From a virus: DNA of 64,000 nucleotides. The notes beneath the pieces were generated by a model. It was not told the origin of the DNA, did no database searches, and saw only the letters and a program-made list of their open reading frames with translations. The position numbers and the translations under genes were made by a program. Within the stretch, counting starts at the first letter, position 1. Each line of letters starts with the position of its first letter. Location: IMG/VR virus record IMGVR_UViG_3300025015_000014, positions 68,787-132,786 of that record; one strand, 5' to 3'. Below are positions 10,203 to 20,827 of the stretch, piece by piece.

Positions 10203-11270
10203 ATGGCACATCCGCCGTCCGCCGGTCATTTCATACCTGCTCTACTGCACCAACTCTATCAAGCCACCGGAGGTCAAGTCGGGGTCTTCGTGACCGATAA
10301 GCCTGTCTTACGAGCTACTGTTCTGGAAGCAGGGTTTGATATCAGCCGACTCAATCAATATGGCCAACCCTCTGAGGGCTGGCGTCTATGGGGTCGTACC
10401 CCGGATGGGGTTGCTAGACGGGCCTGGCGTGCCCTCCAACGACTGCAAAAGATACCTGTGCCCCAGGTGGTCAGGGGACCGAAATATGGCCTGTGGGGGC
10501 TTACAGAGGCCGGGGTAGAGGCTGCTAAAGCCCTACCTCGTGGGAGCAACCTGACAGCAACCTATCTGGGTCGCAGGATGCTAGACACTGGGGGTCCAAC
10601 GGGCACTTTCTACAACACCCTGGCATATGCCGTGATCAAGAAGCTCCCTCTCTCAGCAAACAGGGACCGAATCAACGACCATGTGCAAACCTTCTTGGCC
10701 AAGTTGATCACTCGGGATTCCTTGCGGGGCAAACTCCTTGCCGGTGAACGGATTCAGGACTCTCTCCTCGGCACCTATGCTGTTCGGTCAGCCTACTCCG
10801 ACTGTCGGGATTGGGGAACGGAACCAATAGAACGTGAACTCTATGGCGCCCGCACGGAAACGGAACGCCACCGTGAACGTGAAAGGGACCAGGAAACGAA
10901 ACCTGAAGAGCAGGAAAATCCACTCTGGGGCACGCCAGAGGTTAATCCCTTGGTGACCCATTTCTTGGATCAGGAGAATGGGTGGGATGTCGAAGACATG
11001 GCCGAATCGGCCAAGGCCAGACTTGTCGATGACAGGATTACCTGGGAAGCCATCTGGTCACAGGTTCGAGCAACCCTCAAGGCTCGCCATATCGGTCAAG
11101 CAGCCGAGATTCTCCGGCTACATGGACATGAAGACATGACCGTTGATGAGATTGGCTTGCAAATGGGCCTCCCGATTCATCGTGTGTCTGTCTTGCTTGC
11201 CCAGGCCCAGAAGACCTTCGTTCGGACGATGGCCCAGAATGGATTGCCTATCCCGGAGAGATACATCTAG
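10203..11270 (+). CDS. sigma-factor-like protein with N-terminal winged-helix (Mrr_N-like) segment
   Basis: Region-2-like DHVQTFLAKL...LGTYAVRSAY; region-4 HTH MTVDEIGLQMGLPIHRVSVLLAQA; GLWGLTEAG; GGAGG SD before 10203. Confidence 0.6.
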   Translation: MAHPPSAGHFIPALLHQLYQATGGQVGVFVTDKPVLRATVLEAGFDISRLNQYGQPSEGWRLWGRTPDGVARRAWRALQRLQKIPVPQVVRGPKYGLWGLTEAGVEAAKALPRGSNLTATYLGRRMLDTGGPTGTFYNTLAYAVIKKLPLSANRDRINDHVQTFLAKLITRDSLRGKLLAGERIQDSLLGTYAVRSAYSDCRDWGTEPIERELYGARTETERHRERERDQETKPEEQENPLWGTPEVNPLVTHFLDQENGWDVEDMAESAKARLVDDRITWEAIWSQVRATLKARHIGQAAEILRLHGHEDMTVDEIGLQMGLPIHRVSVLLAQAQKTFVRTMAQNGLPIPERYI

Positions 11271-11278
11271 CTCGTTGG

Positions 11279-14200
11279 TCACTCCCAAGAGATCCAATCG
11301 GATCCGGTCTCCGTCTGTGATGCAAGCCGCATCCCCGCGTCGGGATACACGTCTGCCAGCAAACGGGAGTAGTGACACTTGGCTTCTTTCCCGTGGGCCT
11401 TCAAGAAACCCGTGATCTGTTCGTGATGATCAGCCCGCCGTCTGTGCAAATTAGAGGTGATGTACCCGGCTTCCGAATGCAAGTCATGGCAAGCAGTCAT
11501 CCCGAGAGAGGCCACCTTGACAGGGAAACCGTAGAGGCCATGAGTGCGGGCCATGGCTTCTTTCTCTGTGGCTGCCTTGGACTTCAATTCAGTTTTGGTC
11601 TGATCCCCCCCAGCAGTTATCACAACCTTGTGTCCAAGTTCGGCTCGAAGTTCAGCCAGACGGGCCATCTTACGAACAGCAGCCAGTTTCGGCCCCATCT
11701 CCTGGAAAGCGGCAACCAGAATCTTGGCTGGAAGGCTTCCGGCCCTTTTGGCATGAGTGGAGATGAACTCAGCCGACCGTTCGTCCTTCAGATAAGCCTT
11801 TCGGGCGATCCTGGTAGCAGCCTTGGTCAACTTGCGGGCAGCAGCTTCACAGTCGCTCTGAATGTACTTGGTGAAACCGTAGAGACCCGAAGCGATCCCG
11901 GCAGTCTTGTCCTTGTCCGATCCCTCTTCTTTCTTCTTCTCACAATTGTCTCTCATCCCCCCCTCGGGGAGCTTCTCACAACCCGCTTGCTTGGTGTACC
12001 CCTTGGCAATCTCCCATGCCTCGGCCCCGGTGTTCCAGGAACGGACTTCGGGTTGCCCCGAAAAATCAATCAACTGAGAAGCCACGGTTTCGGGCACGTT
12101 GCTCAGTTGAACAACGTCATATTCCGTCGAGTCCGCGAGTTTCTCCCAGTACCGGGCATTCCGTCCGGCTTCAGCATCCGTGGCCCCCAGTAAAGCCCCA
12201 GCCTTACTTACGGCAGCCCAGAGCGTGAGAGCCGAAGCTGTCTTGTGGGCACAGGCTGAGCAGTCTCCATCTCCGTCCGTGTCGGCACTTTTCCCGCAAG
12301 CACAGGTGGCTAGCCGAACGGTGCGGTAGTCCTCGTCATATACCGTGACATTCAATTTGCGCCGAAGGGTAGCGACCACCCTCTTGAAATCGTCCAGTTT
12401 CTCCCGTTTCACTTCGACAGTGAAATCCCAGCCTTCTTCAGTTCCCTGGAGGTTCACAAGATTGAACGCCCGAAGGGCCTGTTTCACTTCTCGTTCGGCT
12501 GGATCGCCGGGTTCTCCCAGTACCCCGAGGGTATAGGTTATCCACTCGGCGGCCTCTTTCTTGAACTTGTCCCCATGCTCCTCGTTCATGTCCTTCCAAG
12601 TGGCTGCGTCCTCTTCGTTCATGTTCTCAGTTGGATCAGCGGGTTTGCCTTCCTCGAAACGACTCTTTTTTTCGTCAACGCCTGCGAGCTTGAGTTCCTG
12701 TTGTTGTTTCTCAGGGAGAGCCTCGATAAACTCGGCTTCCCAGTTGGGGACAACCAAGTTCTGACCCGTAATGTCAATGACGTGGTTGGGACTGACCTTC
12801 TTTCCCACATTGTCCCGGACCCAATCCTTGAGGTCCAGCTTCGCCGATCCCCCTGAGAAACGAGCCTTGATCTTCGACCCGTGCTTCTTGGGGTCTCCGA
12901 TGGTCACAATGAAGCCCCCGGCAGAATCCTTCGAGATGACCCACATCCAATCGGTCACCTGCTTCTTAGCGGGCTTGGCCGCCAACTTGGTCAGGTCGGC
13001 CAGAACCGTATCCTCAGCCGCGTGTTTGGCAACTTCCTTGATCAGGTCAATAGACGACACACCCATGAAGGTTCCATCCTCGTCATCGAACTGAACATAG
13101 ATGAGTCCCCCACCTGGTCCAGGCAGAGAGGTTCGTTTTCCACCAGGAAATGCAATGGGGGTTACGGTACCAGAAGTGCCATTCGCAGGCAAGCCCCCCT
13201 TATAGAAGGCACGGGAAACCGGGTTGGCATGAATAGTCACTCGGGTTCCAGCAGAAACCGTGAGACTGACTTTGGCTTCCTTGGCCGCCCGCCGTTCCTG
13301 AGACTTGGCCTGGGATAGGGGCTTGGGTTTGAAAGACAGATCCCGTTCTACGAGAGGGAGCCGTCCGCCCATTCCCTTGAGACTCTGAAGTTCCCGGAAA
13401 CTGATGTACCCGAGTTCGCCCATTCCAGGATGCAGTTCAGCCCAACCGAACATTTCATCTTGGCCATCCAACTCCGTGATGAGCCACAGCCCTCCGGAGT
13501 AGGGCGAGAAGAACTTGACCCAGGCTATCGGGTCTGAATCCTCGGCTGTGCTCCCAATGGCCGGGATCTTGGCCTTGAGTGCCGAGGGCATGAGTTTCTG
13601 TGGGGCGGCTGTCTTGTCCTCGTCTTTGGCTATCTGTTCCAGGGCCAAAATGACCCCATCCTCAGAGGCTTCCTTGGCTTCAGCCCCCTCCTCTTTCTTC
13701 TTCTCACAGTTGTCTCGCATCCCCCCCTCAGGGAGTTTCTCACACCCTGCTGTCTTGCCGCCCTCATCATCCATGATGGCCCCAAGCATCTTCATGAAAT
13801 CGGCGGGAGCAACCCCCTTCATGCGTTCCTTGGTTTCAGGCTTGGCCTTGGACAAAAACCGTTGCATGAGAACCTGGGGACTGACCTTGGCACCGGATGA
13901 AGGCTTGTCCTTCTTGAATGCCCGAACCTCATCAGCATCGGCATCCTCAAGATCATGCTTGTCCATTACGTCCTTGACCTTGGGATGGTAGTTTTTCTTC
14001 CGTTTGGGCTGGTTCACTGGCCCCGTTCCCTCGACCTTGGCTTCCCACGCATCCCGATCAAGAGGTTTCTCTTTCTTCTTCTTTTTCTTCTCCACATAGT
14101 CTTGGTAGGTCGGGGCAGCTTCTTTGTCAGTGGCTGAACGAGGGAAATCCCCGGCGGTCTTGAACTTGTCTTCGTACTTATCCGTGTTGGCTTCCCATTC

Positions 14201-16567
14201 CTTGCACTCAGACTCATCCAGGTTATCAGGACAACCCTCAGCCATCTGCTCCAGCGTGGAGAGGATATCATCCTCAACGGCAACCTTCTCCGACTTGTGT
14301 GCCCTCTCCATCAAAGCAATGGCTTTTTCAACCACCTTACCCCCCTTGTTATCATAGAGCCGGTGACTTCTACCTGACTGCCCAGGAAAGTCCTGACCCT
14401 TGCCGCGGTCAAAGTCCATTTTCCCATCGGGGGTTTCGAGAACGAACTCACCAAACCCGAGATGCTTCAGTTCTGCTCCGGGATAGACATATTGAACCTG
14501 GTTGATGAACACCGTGTCCCCATACCAGTATTTCCCGTCGAAGTGGTGTGCTGCCGTCTTGAACTTGTCCTCGTATTTGTCCGTGTTGGCTTCCCATTCC
14601 TTGCACTCGGATTCATCCAGGTTGTCTGGACAACCCTCAGCCATCTGCTCCAGCGTGGAGAGGACATCATCCTCGAAAGTAGTTGACGTGGCTGCACGAC
14701 CTTGACCCCGTGTGGCTTCCTCGTGGTCTTCCTTGTACCGTTCTGCTTCGGATAAGGAATCACGACGTTTCTTTTCCTTGGGCTTACTATCCTGGCTCTT
14801 CTGTTGTTCCCTTTTGGCGTAGGTGTCCTCATCCTCTTTGGTGTGCTCTTCGAGTTGCTTCTTTGTTTTGGTGTGCTCTTTCTCGTGGTCCGCCTTACCT
14901 TTCTCAGCCCGGTCCTTGGGATCCACCTCCCAGGACCGAGTGCCTCCAAAGCCATCCGACTCTTCTTCGGTTCGTTTTTTACCTTTGGAAGGATCTTTTT
15001 CGATCTCTTTCAGGGTTTTGCCGTGTTCTTCGGCCCTGGTCTTGTGATGCTCAACCTTCTCCTCAAGCTCCTTCTTCCGTTTCCGGTACTGCTTTCGATG
15101 AGAGTCCAAAGCGTCCTCTTCCTCGGTTCGTTTGGGCTTGTCCTCTGCTTTGGATTCTTCTTTGGGCTTGTCCTCTGCTTTGGCTTTGTCGATCAAGGAC
15201 TGTGGCGGCCTTTCCGATTTCGGGTGCTTCTTCTTGTAGGACTCCCATAAAGTTTTGAGAGAAGCCACAATCACGTTGGCTTCATCTTCATCGGATTCAT
15301 CCAGGTTGTCTGGACAACCCTCAGCCATCTGAGTCAAGACAGCCAGGGCTTCATCCTCAGCGGCAAACAAAGGCATGTGTGTCACCTGTTTCCCGTCCTT
15401 CTCAGCCAGGACAACAGTGACTTCATGGGGCTTCTTGGCTTTGAACTGTTTGGCTGCAATCTGTTGAGCTTCGAGAGAGGTCTTGGCCGTTACTTCGATC
15501 TGTTTGCCCTTGTAGAAAGCAACATAGCCGTTCAGGCTCGCCGTCTTACCTTCCTCTTTCTTCTCTTCGCAGTTGTCCCGCATTGGCCCCTCGGGCAACT
15601 TCTCACATCCGGCGGCTTTGAACTGGTCCTTGTGCTCCTCGGTCTGCTTCTTCCACTCGGCACAATCCTCGTCACTCATGTTCTCACAAGGGTCGGCGGG
15701 CTTGCCCTCCTCGAACCGACCCTGGATTTCATCTCCTGGAAGGGCTGATGTCATTTCGGTTGGGGGTGCTTCTTTGTTCAGCATCTGCCCGAGAGAGGCG
15801 ACAACCGCCTCGGCTTCAGTCATGGAAGCCCCCTTGGTGTGAAACGTGGTGAATGGACCCTTCACAGTAAGGTTCACCGCAGGCCCGACACCTGTAGAAA
15901 CCGTTTCTACTGTGCTCTTGAAAGTCGGCTGACGGCTTTCAATCACCCTGGCTGCCATTTCCCATCCTTGAACAACGTGTTGCAGATCTTCCGGATCTCG
16001 GCCAGGTGCAAGATACTGAAGTAGGATCTCATTCCCATAAGCATTCACCTTGTAGGGAGGAAGATTGGCCCAAGGAACATGGGATTTCTTGGCCAAAGAA
16101 CCCAACAGACGGAGCACCTCTGCCCCGTCTGACGTGAAAAAAAGCGGGGCGGCCGTATGCGCCATCCCTTGAAGGTCTGCCAACACGGAGTCGATAGACC
16201 CCTTCTTTACAGTTTGCGGATCCCGGTGTGTAGACAATCTCTCAACCCTCCAACCCTTGGACTTGCCATATTTCTGAAGAGCCGCCAGCACGGACTTATC
16301 TGTTCCCTTGGGAAAGGCCAGATACACAATGGTTTCCCGAGTCATCCCAGCCTGTTCTTGGCCATGAGTCAAAGGGGCACTGTGCTTGTTCCCCAGGAAA
16401 CGTATCGCCTGCTCATCCTCGTGGGTTTGTCCGTCATCGTCCTTGAACGTGATGGGGAGATGCTCAATGTCATCCCAGGTGTCCTTATTGAAAGGGGTCT
16501 TGTTCCCCACGAAAGAGAAATAGCCTCGGTCCACCGTCATGGACCAACCTGCTGTCTTGCTACCCAT
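11279..16567 (-). CDS. 1762-aa modular repeat protein (putative virion polyprotein) with a DUF2958-like domain
   Basis: Internal repeats GCEKLPEG.MRDNCE x3, AEGCPDNLDES x3, RFEEGKPADP x2; VKFFSPYSGGLW...ELGYISFREL...VERDL segment. Confidence 0.8.
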   Translation of the reverse strand: MGSKTAGWSMTVDRGYFSFVGNKTPFNKDTWDDIEHLPITFKDDDGQTHEDEQAIRFLGNKHSAPLTHGQEQAGMTRETIVYLAFPKGTDKSVLAALQKYGKSKGWRVERLSTHRDPQTVKKGSIDSVLADLQGMAHTAAPLFFTSDGAEVLRLLGSLAKKSHVPWANLPPYKVNAYGNEILLQYLAPGRDPEDLQHVVQGWEMAARVIESRQPTFKSTVETVSTGVGPAVNLTVKGPFTTFHTKGASMTEAEAVVASLGQMLNKEAPPTEMTSALPGDEIQGRFEEGKPADPCENMSDEDCAEWKKQTEEHKDQFKAAGCEKLPEGPMRDNCEEKKEEGKTASLNGYVAFYKGKQIEVTAKTSLEAQQIAAKQFKAKKPHEVTVVLAEKDGKQVTHMPLFAAEDEALAVLTQMAEGCPDNLDESDEDEANVIVASLKTLWESYKKKHPKSERPPQSLIDKAKAEDKPKEESKAEDKPKRTEEEDALDSHRKQYRKRKKELEEKVEHHKTRAEEHGKTLKEIEKDPSKGKKRTEEESDGFGGTRSWEVDPKDRAEKGKADHEKEHTKTKKQLEEHTKEDEDTYAKREQQKSQDSKPKEKKRRDSLSEAERYKEDHEEATRGQGRAATSTTFEDDVLSTLEQMAEGCPDNLDESECKEWEANTDKYEDKFKTAAHHFDGKYWYGDTVFINQVQYVYPGAELKHLGFGEFVLETPDGKMDFDRGKGQDFPGQSGRSHRLYDNKGGKVVEKAIALMERAHKSEKVAVEDDILSTLEQMAEGCPDNLDESECKEWEANTDKYEDKFKTAGDFPRSATDKEAAPTYQDYVEKKKKKKEKPLDRDAWEAKVEGTGPVNQPKRKKNYHPKVKDVMDKHDLEDADADEVRAFKKDKPSSGAKVSPQVLMQRFLSKAKPETKERMKGVAPADFMKMLGAIMDDEGGKTAGCEKLPEGGMRDNCEKKKEEGAEAKEASEDGVILALEQIAKDEDKTAAPQKLMPSALKAKIPAIGSTAEDSDPIAWVKFFSPYSGGLWLITELDGQDEMFGWAELHPGMGELGYISFRELQSLKGMGGRLPLVERDLSFKPKPLSQAKSQERRAAKEAKVSLTVSAGTRVTIHANPVSRAFYKGGLPANGTSGTVTPIAFPGGKRTSLPGPGGGLIYVQFDDEDGTFMGVSSIDLIKEVAKHAAEDTVLADLTKLAAKPAKKQVTDWMWVISKDSAGGFIVTIGDPKKHGSKIKARFSGGSAKLDLKDWVRDNVGKKVSPNHVIDITGQNLVVPNWEAEFIEALPEKQQQELKLAGVDEKKSRFEEGKPADPTENMNEEDAATWKDMNEEHGDKFKKEAAEWITYTLGVLGEPGDPAEREVKQALRAFNLVNLQGTEEGWDFTVEVKREKLDDFKRVVATLRRKLNVTVYDEDYRTVRLATCACGKSADTDGDGDCSACAHKTASALTLWAAVSKAGALLGATDAEAGRNARYWEKLADSTEYDVVQLSNVPETVASQLIDFSGQPEVRSWNTGAEAWEIAKGYTKQAGCEKLPEGGMRDNCEKKKEEGSDKDKTAGIASGLYGFTKYIQSDCEAAARKLTKAATRIARKAYLKDERSAEFISTHAKRAGSLPAKILVAAFQEMGPKLAAVRKMARLAELRAELGHKVVITAGGDQTKTELKSKAATEKEAMARTHGLYGFPVKVASLGMTACHDLHSEAGYITSNLHRRRADHHEQITGFLKAHGKEAKCHYSRLLADVYPDAGMRLASQTETGSDWISWE

Positions 16568-18161
16568 TAGGCACCCCCAACAAAACCAGATACTGTGCGG
16601 CTACCCGCCGGGCCAAAGAGTCTGGAGAGGCTCCTGCATACTTGCCCTTCCCCACCTCATCAATCAAATCGTTGCGAGCAGCCCGTGCCCCCGCAAATTG
16701 GTCCGTGAGGTGCCCCGCCGGTTGCCCGTCCACAACTGCCCGCAAGTAAGCCCGATAGTGCAGATCCGATTGGGCAGTTCCCTTATTGCGGTCTAGGAGA
16801 TTCTGGGCCACACCCTTCCAGTTCAAATCGGCGAGGTGTCTGAGAGCCACTCGTTGGGCAGTTCGCACGGCTTCGGGTTTGATTCCGTACTGCTTACACA
16901 GGAATAGATACTCCTTTGCGGCATCCGGCCAAAGATCCACAGCAAGTCCCCACTGGTTGAAATCCATCCGGTCGAGCAGTTTCTCAATCTGGCCTGCCCT
17001 AGCTTTCTGGCTCGGAGAACCATCATGGTGCATCAACCAAAAGGTGTAGGCCCCATAGAGTTTTCCGGCCTTGGGGTTCCTCTTGAAGTCCTCTGCGGAG
17101 GGGGGACGATGCCAATCCGTCGTGGCCAACCGGGGATTGTCCGGTCGTTGGGGTTGCCCTTGTTCCTGAAGAAGTTTGTTCTGGAGTCGTTTCATCACGT
17201 CTGAACCACCGGCCAGGGGTTGATCATACCCGTGGTCTACTTCATGGGGATAGATAGGCTTTCCATTGGGATTGCCTGAGTAAGTCGCAACCTTCCTCAC
17301 CAGGATATCCATAGCCCAATGACGACCGCCCCATGCCTGATCTTTTGTCTTTCCGGCCATGAACTGAATCTTAGCTCCCCGGTCTAGTTCTCGGGGTGTG
17401 GAAGAGGTCATGTATTCTTCGCCGTCAATCTCGACCGTGTAGTAGCCCAAAGCAGGCGTCCCGATAGACCTAGGGACCCGTGTCACAGTCCCGACCTGTT
17501 TCGTTGTGTGTTCGGAAGCCACTACCTGTTTCCCTTCTGGGGTAATCTCTCGCATGACTGCCAGAGCGGTTCGACGAACCAGATAGTCCCCCCGATTCTC
17601 CGACCACTTCTTGTAGAACTCCTCTTTGGGAACCACCCGTACTGTTTGACTAGGGTCCGGGATGTTGGGATCTGCAACCCAAACAGTGTGTTCCTGGTCC
17701 ACATCGAAAATGACCGAAGCATGGGACCAAGGGCGTCCTTCCGGATTCCAAGCAATCATCACAGGAATACCCTGATCGGTCCATGTCTTGACTTGTTCCA
17801 GGGTGGCTGGGCAAATGAGATGCACCCGCATCCCAAAGTGTTGAGCAGAGGCTATGGCATCTTCCCAGGAAGCCCCAGCCATGGGTCTCGCACCCATCAC
17901 ACGATTGACCTCGTCCTCCGTTGTCTGCAAGCCGTTGGCCTTTAGACACATGGTCATGGAAGTGCTCATGCAAGAAAATTGAGTCCGTTGCCGGATGGGT
18001 TCTACGTTGGCTCGTGCGGTCTTGGGCCGCTTAGACCAGGCTTCATTGACCATTCGGGGAACCCCCATCTGCTTGATCCGGGCTACCACCTCGGAGAGTC
18101 CAGCGACCTCCAGAGCTTGGAGCAAGGCACTGAGCACTTCGGGGGCATTGTAACGATTCAC
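16560..18161 (-). CDS. multidomain protein with peptidase C39-like domain
   Basis: RQRTQFSC...HASVIF...VADP (Q/C/H/D pattern). Confidence 0.7.
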   Translation of the reverse strand: MNRYNAPEVLSALLQALEVAGLSEVVARIKQMGVPRMVNEAWSKRPKTARANVEPIRQRTQFSCMSTSMTMCLKANGLQTTEDEVNRVMGARPMAGASWEDAIASAQHFGMRVHLICPATLEQVKTWTDQGIPVMIAWNPEGRPWSHASVIFDVDQEHTVWVADPNIPDPSQTVRVVPKEEFYKKWSENRGDYLVRRTALAVMREITPEGKQVVASEHTTKQVGTVTRVPRSIGTPALGYYTVEIDGEEYMTSSTPRELDRGAKIQFMAGKTKDQAWGGRHWAMDILVRKVATYSGNPNGKPIYPHEVDHGYDQPLAGGSDVMKRLQNKLLQEQGQPQRPDNPRLATTDWHRPPSAEDFKRNPKAGKLYGAYTFWLMHHDGSPSQKARAGQIEKLLDRMDFNQWGLAVDLWPDAAKEYLFLCKQYGIKPEAVRTAQRVALRHLADLNWKGVAQNLLDRNKGTAQSDLHYRAYLRAVVDGQPAGHLTDQFAGARAARNDLIDEVGKGKYAGASPDSLARRVAAQYLVLLGVPNG

Positions 18162-20156
18162 CTAGTCCCACCATAGCCGGAGTTCCCCGTTGGCTACGAT
18201 ATCAGCCTCATCTGCCATCAGCTTACGGCTTGCTTTCTGGATGAAGGCCAACACTTCTGGCGGCCCCTCCAAGTAGACCACCACACTATGTTCTCGTCCC
18301 GGCTGGAACTTGACCTGGTTGATGCCGGGAACCTTGGTCAGAAGATTGCCGATCCTCTTGACACTGAACTCGTTATAACCAGGTGCCGCAGCCGTCATGG
18401 CTGCTATCCATTGGGGTAACATCATCCAGACTGGAGACCGATAGACCAATCTCCGGATTTCCATGGCCTCATAATCCGGGCGAGATCGTCCTGGGTTGGC
18501 ATCAGCATAGGCGTCAATCAAGTCCTGGAGAGGACTGGCCGTTCTCAGTTTGGATGTCCATCTAGCGGCGACTCGTTGGGCCAGGGTCTTCATTGCATTC
18601 TCCTTGTTGGCTGCCCTACTCCAAGAACCGAGATCCTCATAGGCGTCCGGAAACTCCCGGAGGGCCTCTTTCTTGACTGCTTCGGCCTTGGCTTTGAGTC
18701 CTGCGACTCGCAGCAAGGTCACGATGAAGGCGGCAATGTCTGGAACGATGTTCCATTGGAATTCGCTGGTCACATCTGTGACCAAGCCCTCGGGTATGGG
18801 GGTGGCCGGGTCCGCATATAACGCACTGAGACTATGCCAGTTGGCATCATCAGCAATCAAGTAGCCAAATGTCTCAGCCGCAATTGGAGTCCCCCCGATT
18901 AGCCGGAAAGCCTTCTCGGCTGCGCCCTTGATTTTGGGGGTGATCGAATCCTCAAACATCTGACTCTTGTTCTTCAGTTTGCCTGCCGGAACAGGTGGCC
19001 CCGCCTGAGCGATCTCTTGAGCAAGAGCCTTGTCAAAGAGGGTCTCTACTCTGGCCGCCAGATTGGGCATCCGACCCCGACGTAAAAGAGCAAGAGAGAT
19101 AGCCGCTGCCCGAACTTTCCCTTCTGGGGTGATCCCAACCCGATGTGCCACCGAATAAGCCAACTTCTGGCCCCACATTGGCTCCAGGGATGGTCCCCCG
19201 TGTTCAAACATGTTCCAAAGAGCCTGAGCCAGAGATGTGTCACGGAACTCTTGAAACAGGTTGTATATGAAGCCGGTGATGTAGGGCTTGGGATCCTTGT
19301 CTATGGACATGGCCGCAGGGGATTGAGCCTGGGTTTTGAAAGCTCGAAGCAAAGCATCTACCGTCTTCTCCCAACCTGATAAGTAGCCGGGATCAATGGT
19401 GGCCTGCTTGATTCGAGAAGCCGACATGGACATCTGCTTGTTTGTCTCCCAATCTTCGAACCGGATGGCGGGATGCCCCTTGATCGTACCCCGAGTAGCC
19501 CAGGTGAAATCCTTGGTGTTCTTGCGGGGATCCAAGGTGGGATACTTCGCCTTGGCAGCAGCCAGGTTCTCGAAAACCTCACTGTGTTGCCCTTTAGTCA
19601 CCACTTGAACAGGCATCTGTTCATCCCAGCCCTTCCACTCGGCTTTCTTCTGTACGTCTGGACCCTTGTCATTCAGAATGAGCTTGCTCAAGGCATCCTC
19701 GTCATAGCCGGGGGTTGTCAACAACCCCCGGAGGGCCTCGGCGACCTCTTGGGACTGGACGAATATGTTGGGCTTTCGTTCGCGGGCATCTGTCCCAGAA
19801 ACGGTGAACCCTGACTTGCCTCTGTAAATGCCTTTTCTGACCTGTATCCGCCCTGCGGCCCTTCGGCTCCGCCAACCTGGGTCTACCACGTCGGCCAGGG
19901 AAGCACAGAAAGCTCCCGTGTCATCCACCTTGCCTTCCATCTGTTTGATACACTTCGTGACCTTGTGTTTGGCATCCCCTGTGAGTGACCCCCAGAACTT
20001 CTTGACCGAATCCTGAGTCCAACCTTTCGGCAGCGTTTTCCATTTGGCAGCTTCCCGAAGCACCCCATTCAAGGCTGCTCGTAGGGTCGGGGTTTCACTG
20101 GCCAGTCGGAGAAACGTCCGATCCATAGGGGCTCGGGGAACAAAGGGGGTGGTCAT
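18162..20156 (-). CDS. hypothetical modular protein
   Basis: 664-aa ORF abutting the downstream gene. Confidence 0.75.
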   Translation of the reverse strand: MTTPFVPRAPMDRTFLRLASETPTLRAALNGVLREAAKWKTLPKGWTQDSVKKFWGSLTGDAKHKVTKCIKQMEGKVDDTGAFCASLADVVDPGWRSRRAAGRIQVRKGIYRGKSGFTVSGTDARERKPNIFVQSQEVAEALRGLLTTPGYDEDALSKLILNDKGPDVQKKAEWKGWDEQMPVQVVTKGQHSEVFENLAAAKAKYPTLDPRKNTKDFTWATRGTIKGHPAIRFEDWETNKQMSMSASRIKQATIDPGYLSGWEKTVDALLRAFKTQAQSPAAMSIDKDPKPYITGFIYNLFQEFRDTSLAQALWNMFEHGGPSLEPMWGQKLAYSVAHRVGITPEGKVRAAAISLALLRRGRMPNLAARVETLFDKALAQEIAQAGPPVPAGKLKNKSQMFEDSITPKIKGAAEKAFRLIGGTPIAAETFGYLIADDANWHSLSALYADPATPIPEGLVTDVTSEFQWNIVPDIAAFIVTLLRVAGLKAKAEAVKKEALREFPDAYEDLGSWSRAANKENAMKTLAQRVAARWTSKLRTASPLQDLIDAYADANPGRSRPDYEAMEIRRLVYRSPVWMMLPQWIAAMTAAAPGYNEFSVKRIGNLLTKVPGINQVKFQPGREHSVVVYLEGPPEVLAFIQKASRKLMADEADIVANGELRLWWD

Positions 20157-20277
20157 TTGAGGATCTCCAAAATCCGGAAGCTGGCCGGATCTCTCTATCG
20201 GGGGGATAAGATAGACTCATTACCGGCTGGTTTGAACGGTAGGATCAGAGGGGTCAGAGAGACCCGGTGGACGGACG

Positions 20278-20568
20278 ATGCACTATCAGGTTTTTGTGAA
20301 CCATCTGGCGAGACTCTCAGGCCACCATGAGGATACAGTAGCCTCAATTCTGTTTCATCTCTCGGATGCCCTGCTGATCCTTCAGAATGGAGATTCACTC
20401 AGAACTCGGTTGGGGGTTTTCCGTGCCGTAGTCCACAAGGGGAAACGGGTGGTTCCCCCCAGAGGTGGAGACCCTATGCAAACATCACCCACGTTGCTTG
20501 TGAAACTACGATCCGGGAAACGGCTGCGGCGACCAGTTCAGGAGAGGAAATCTGAATCCCCCGCATGA
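20278..20568 (+). CDS. HU/IHF-like DNA-binding protein
   Basis: LGVFRAVVHKGKRVVPPRGG...VKLRSGKRLR arm; 96 aa. Confidence 0.75.
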   Translation: MHYQVFVNHLARLSGHHEDTVASILFHLSDALLILQNGDSLRTRLGVFRAVVHKGKRVVPPRGGDPMQTSPTLLVKLRSGKRLRRPVQERKSESPA

Positions 20569-20789
20569 GCATTGGGTGGATAGGCCCCTACATCTAACCC
20601 CAAGTCCACGCCATCTACCAACCCCTTGCCATAACCGGCCTGAAGGCCCATGTGGTAGCCAAGCCGGAGGGCTTCATTTGGGGATCGTGGGACATTGACT
20701 TCTGGGGCAGGCAGGCCACGAAGCGCACGGAAACGATACCAAAGCCTTTGGCGACTGTGTTCGAGGAGACTATGAAGGGTTTCAAGCAT
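20538..20789 (-). CDS. hypothetical protein
   Basis: 83-aa ORF. Confidence 0.5.
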   Translation of the reverse strand: MLETLHSLLEHSRQRLWYRFRALRGLPAPEVNVPRSPNEALRLGYHMGLQAGYGKGLVDGVDLGLDVGAYPPNAHAGDSDFLS

Positions 20790-20827
20790 CCCATCCTAAG
20801 ATACCCGATTCGAGACCAGAAGCAAGA

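Noticed and set aside
11372-16570. Plus-strand ORFs opposite the 1762-aa gene (e.g. 11372-12193)
   Set aside because: Antisense shadows of a GC-rich coding strand.
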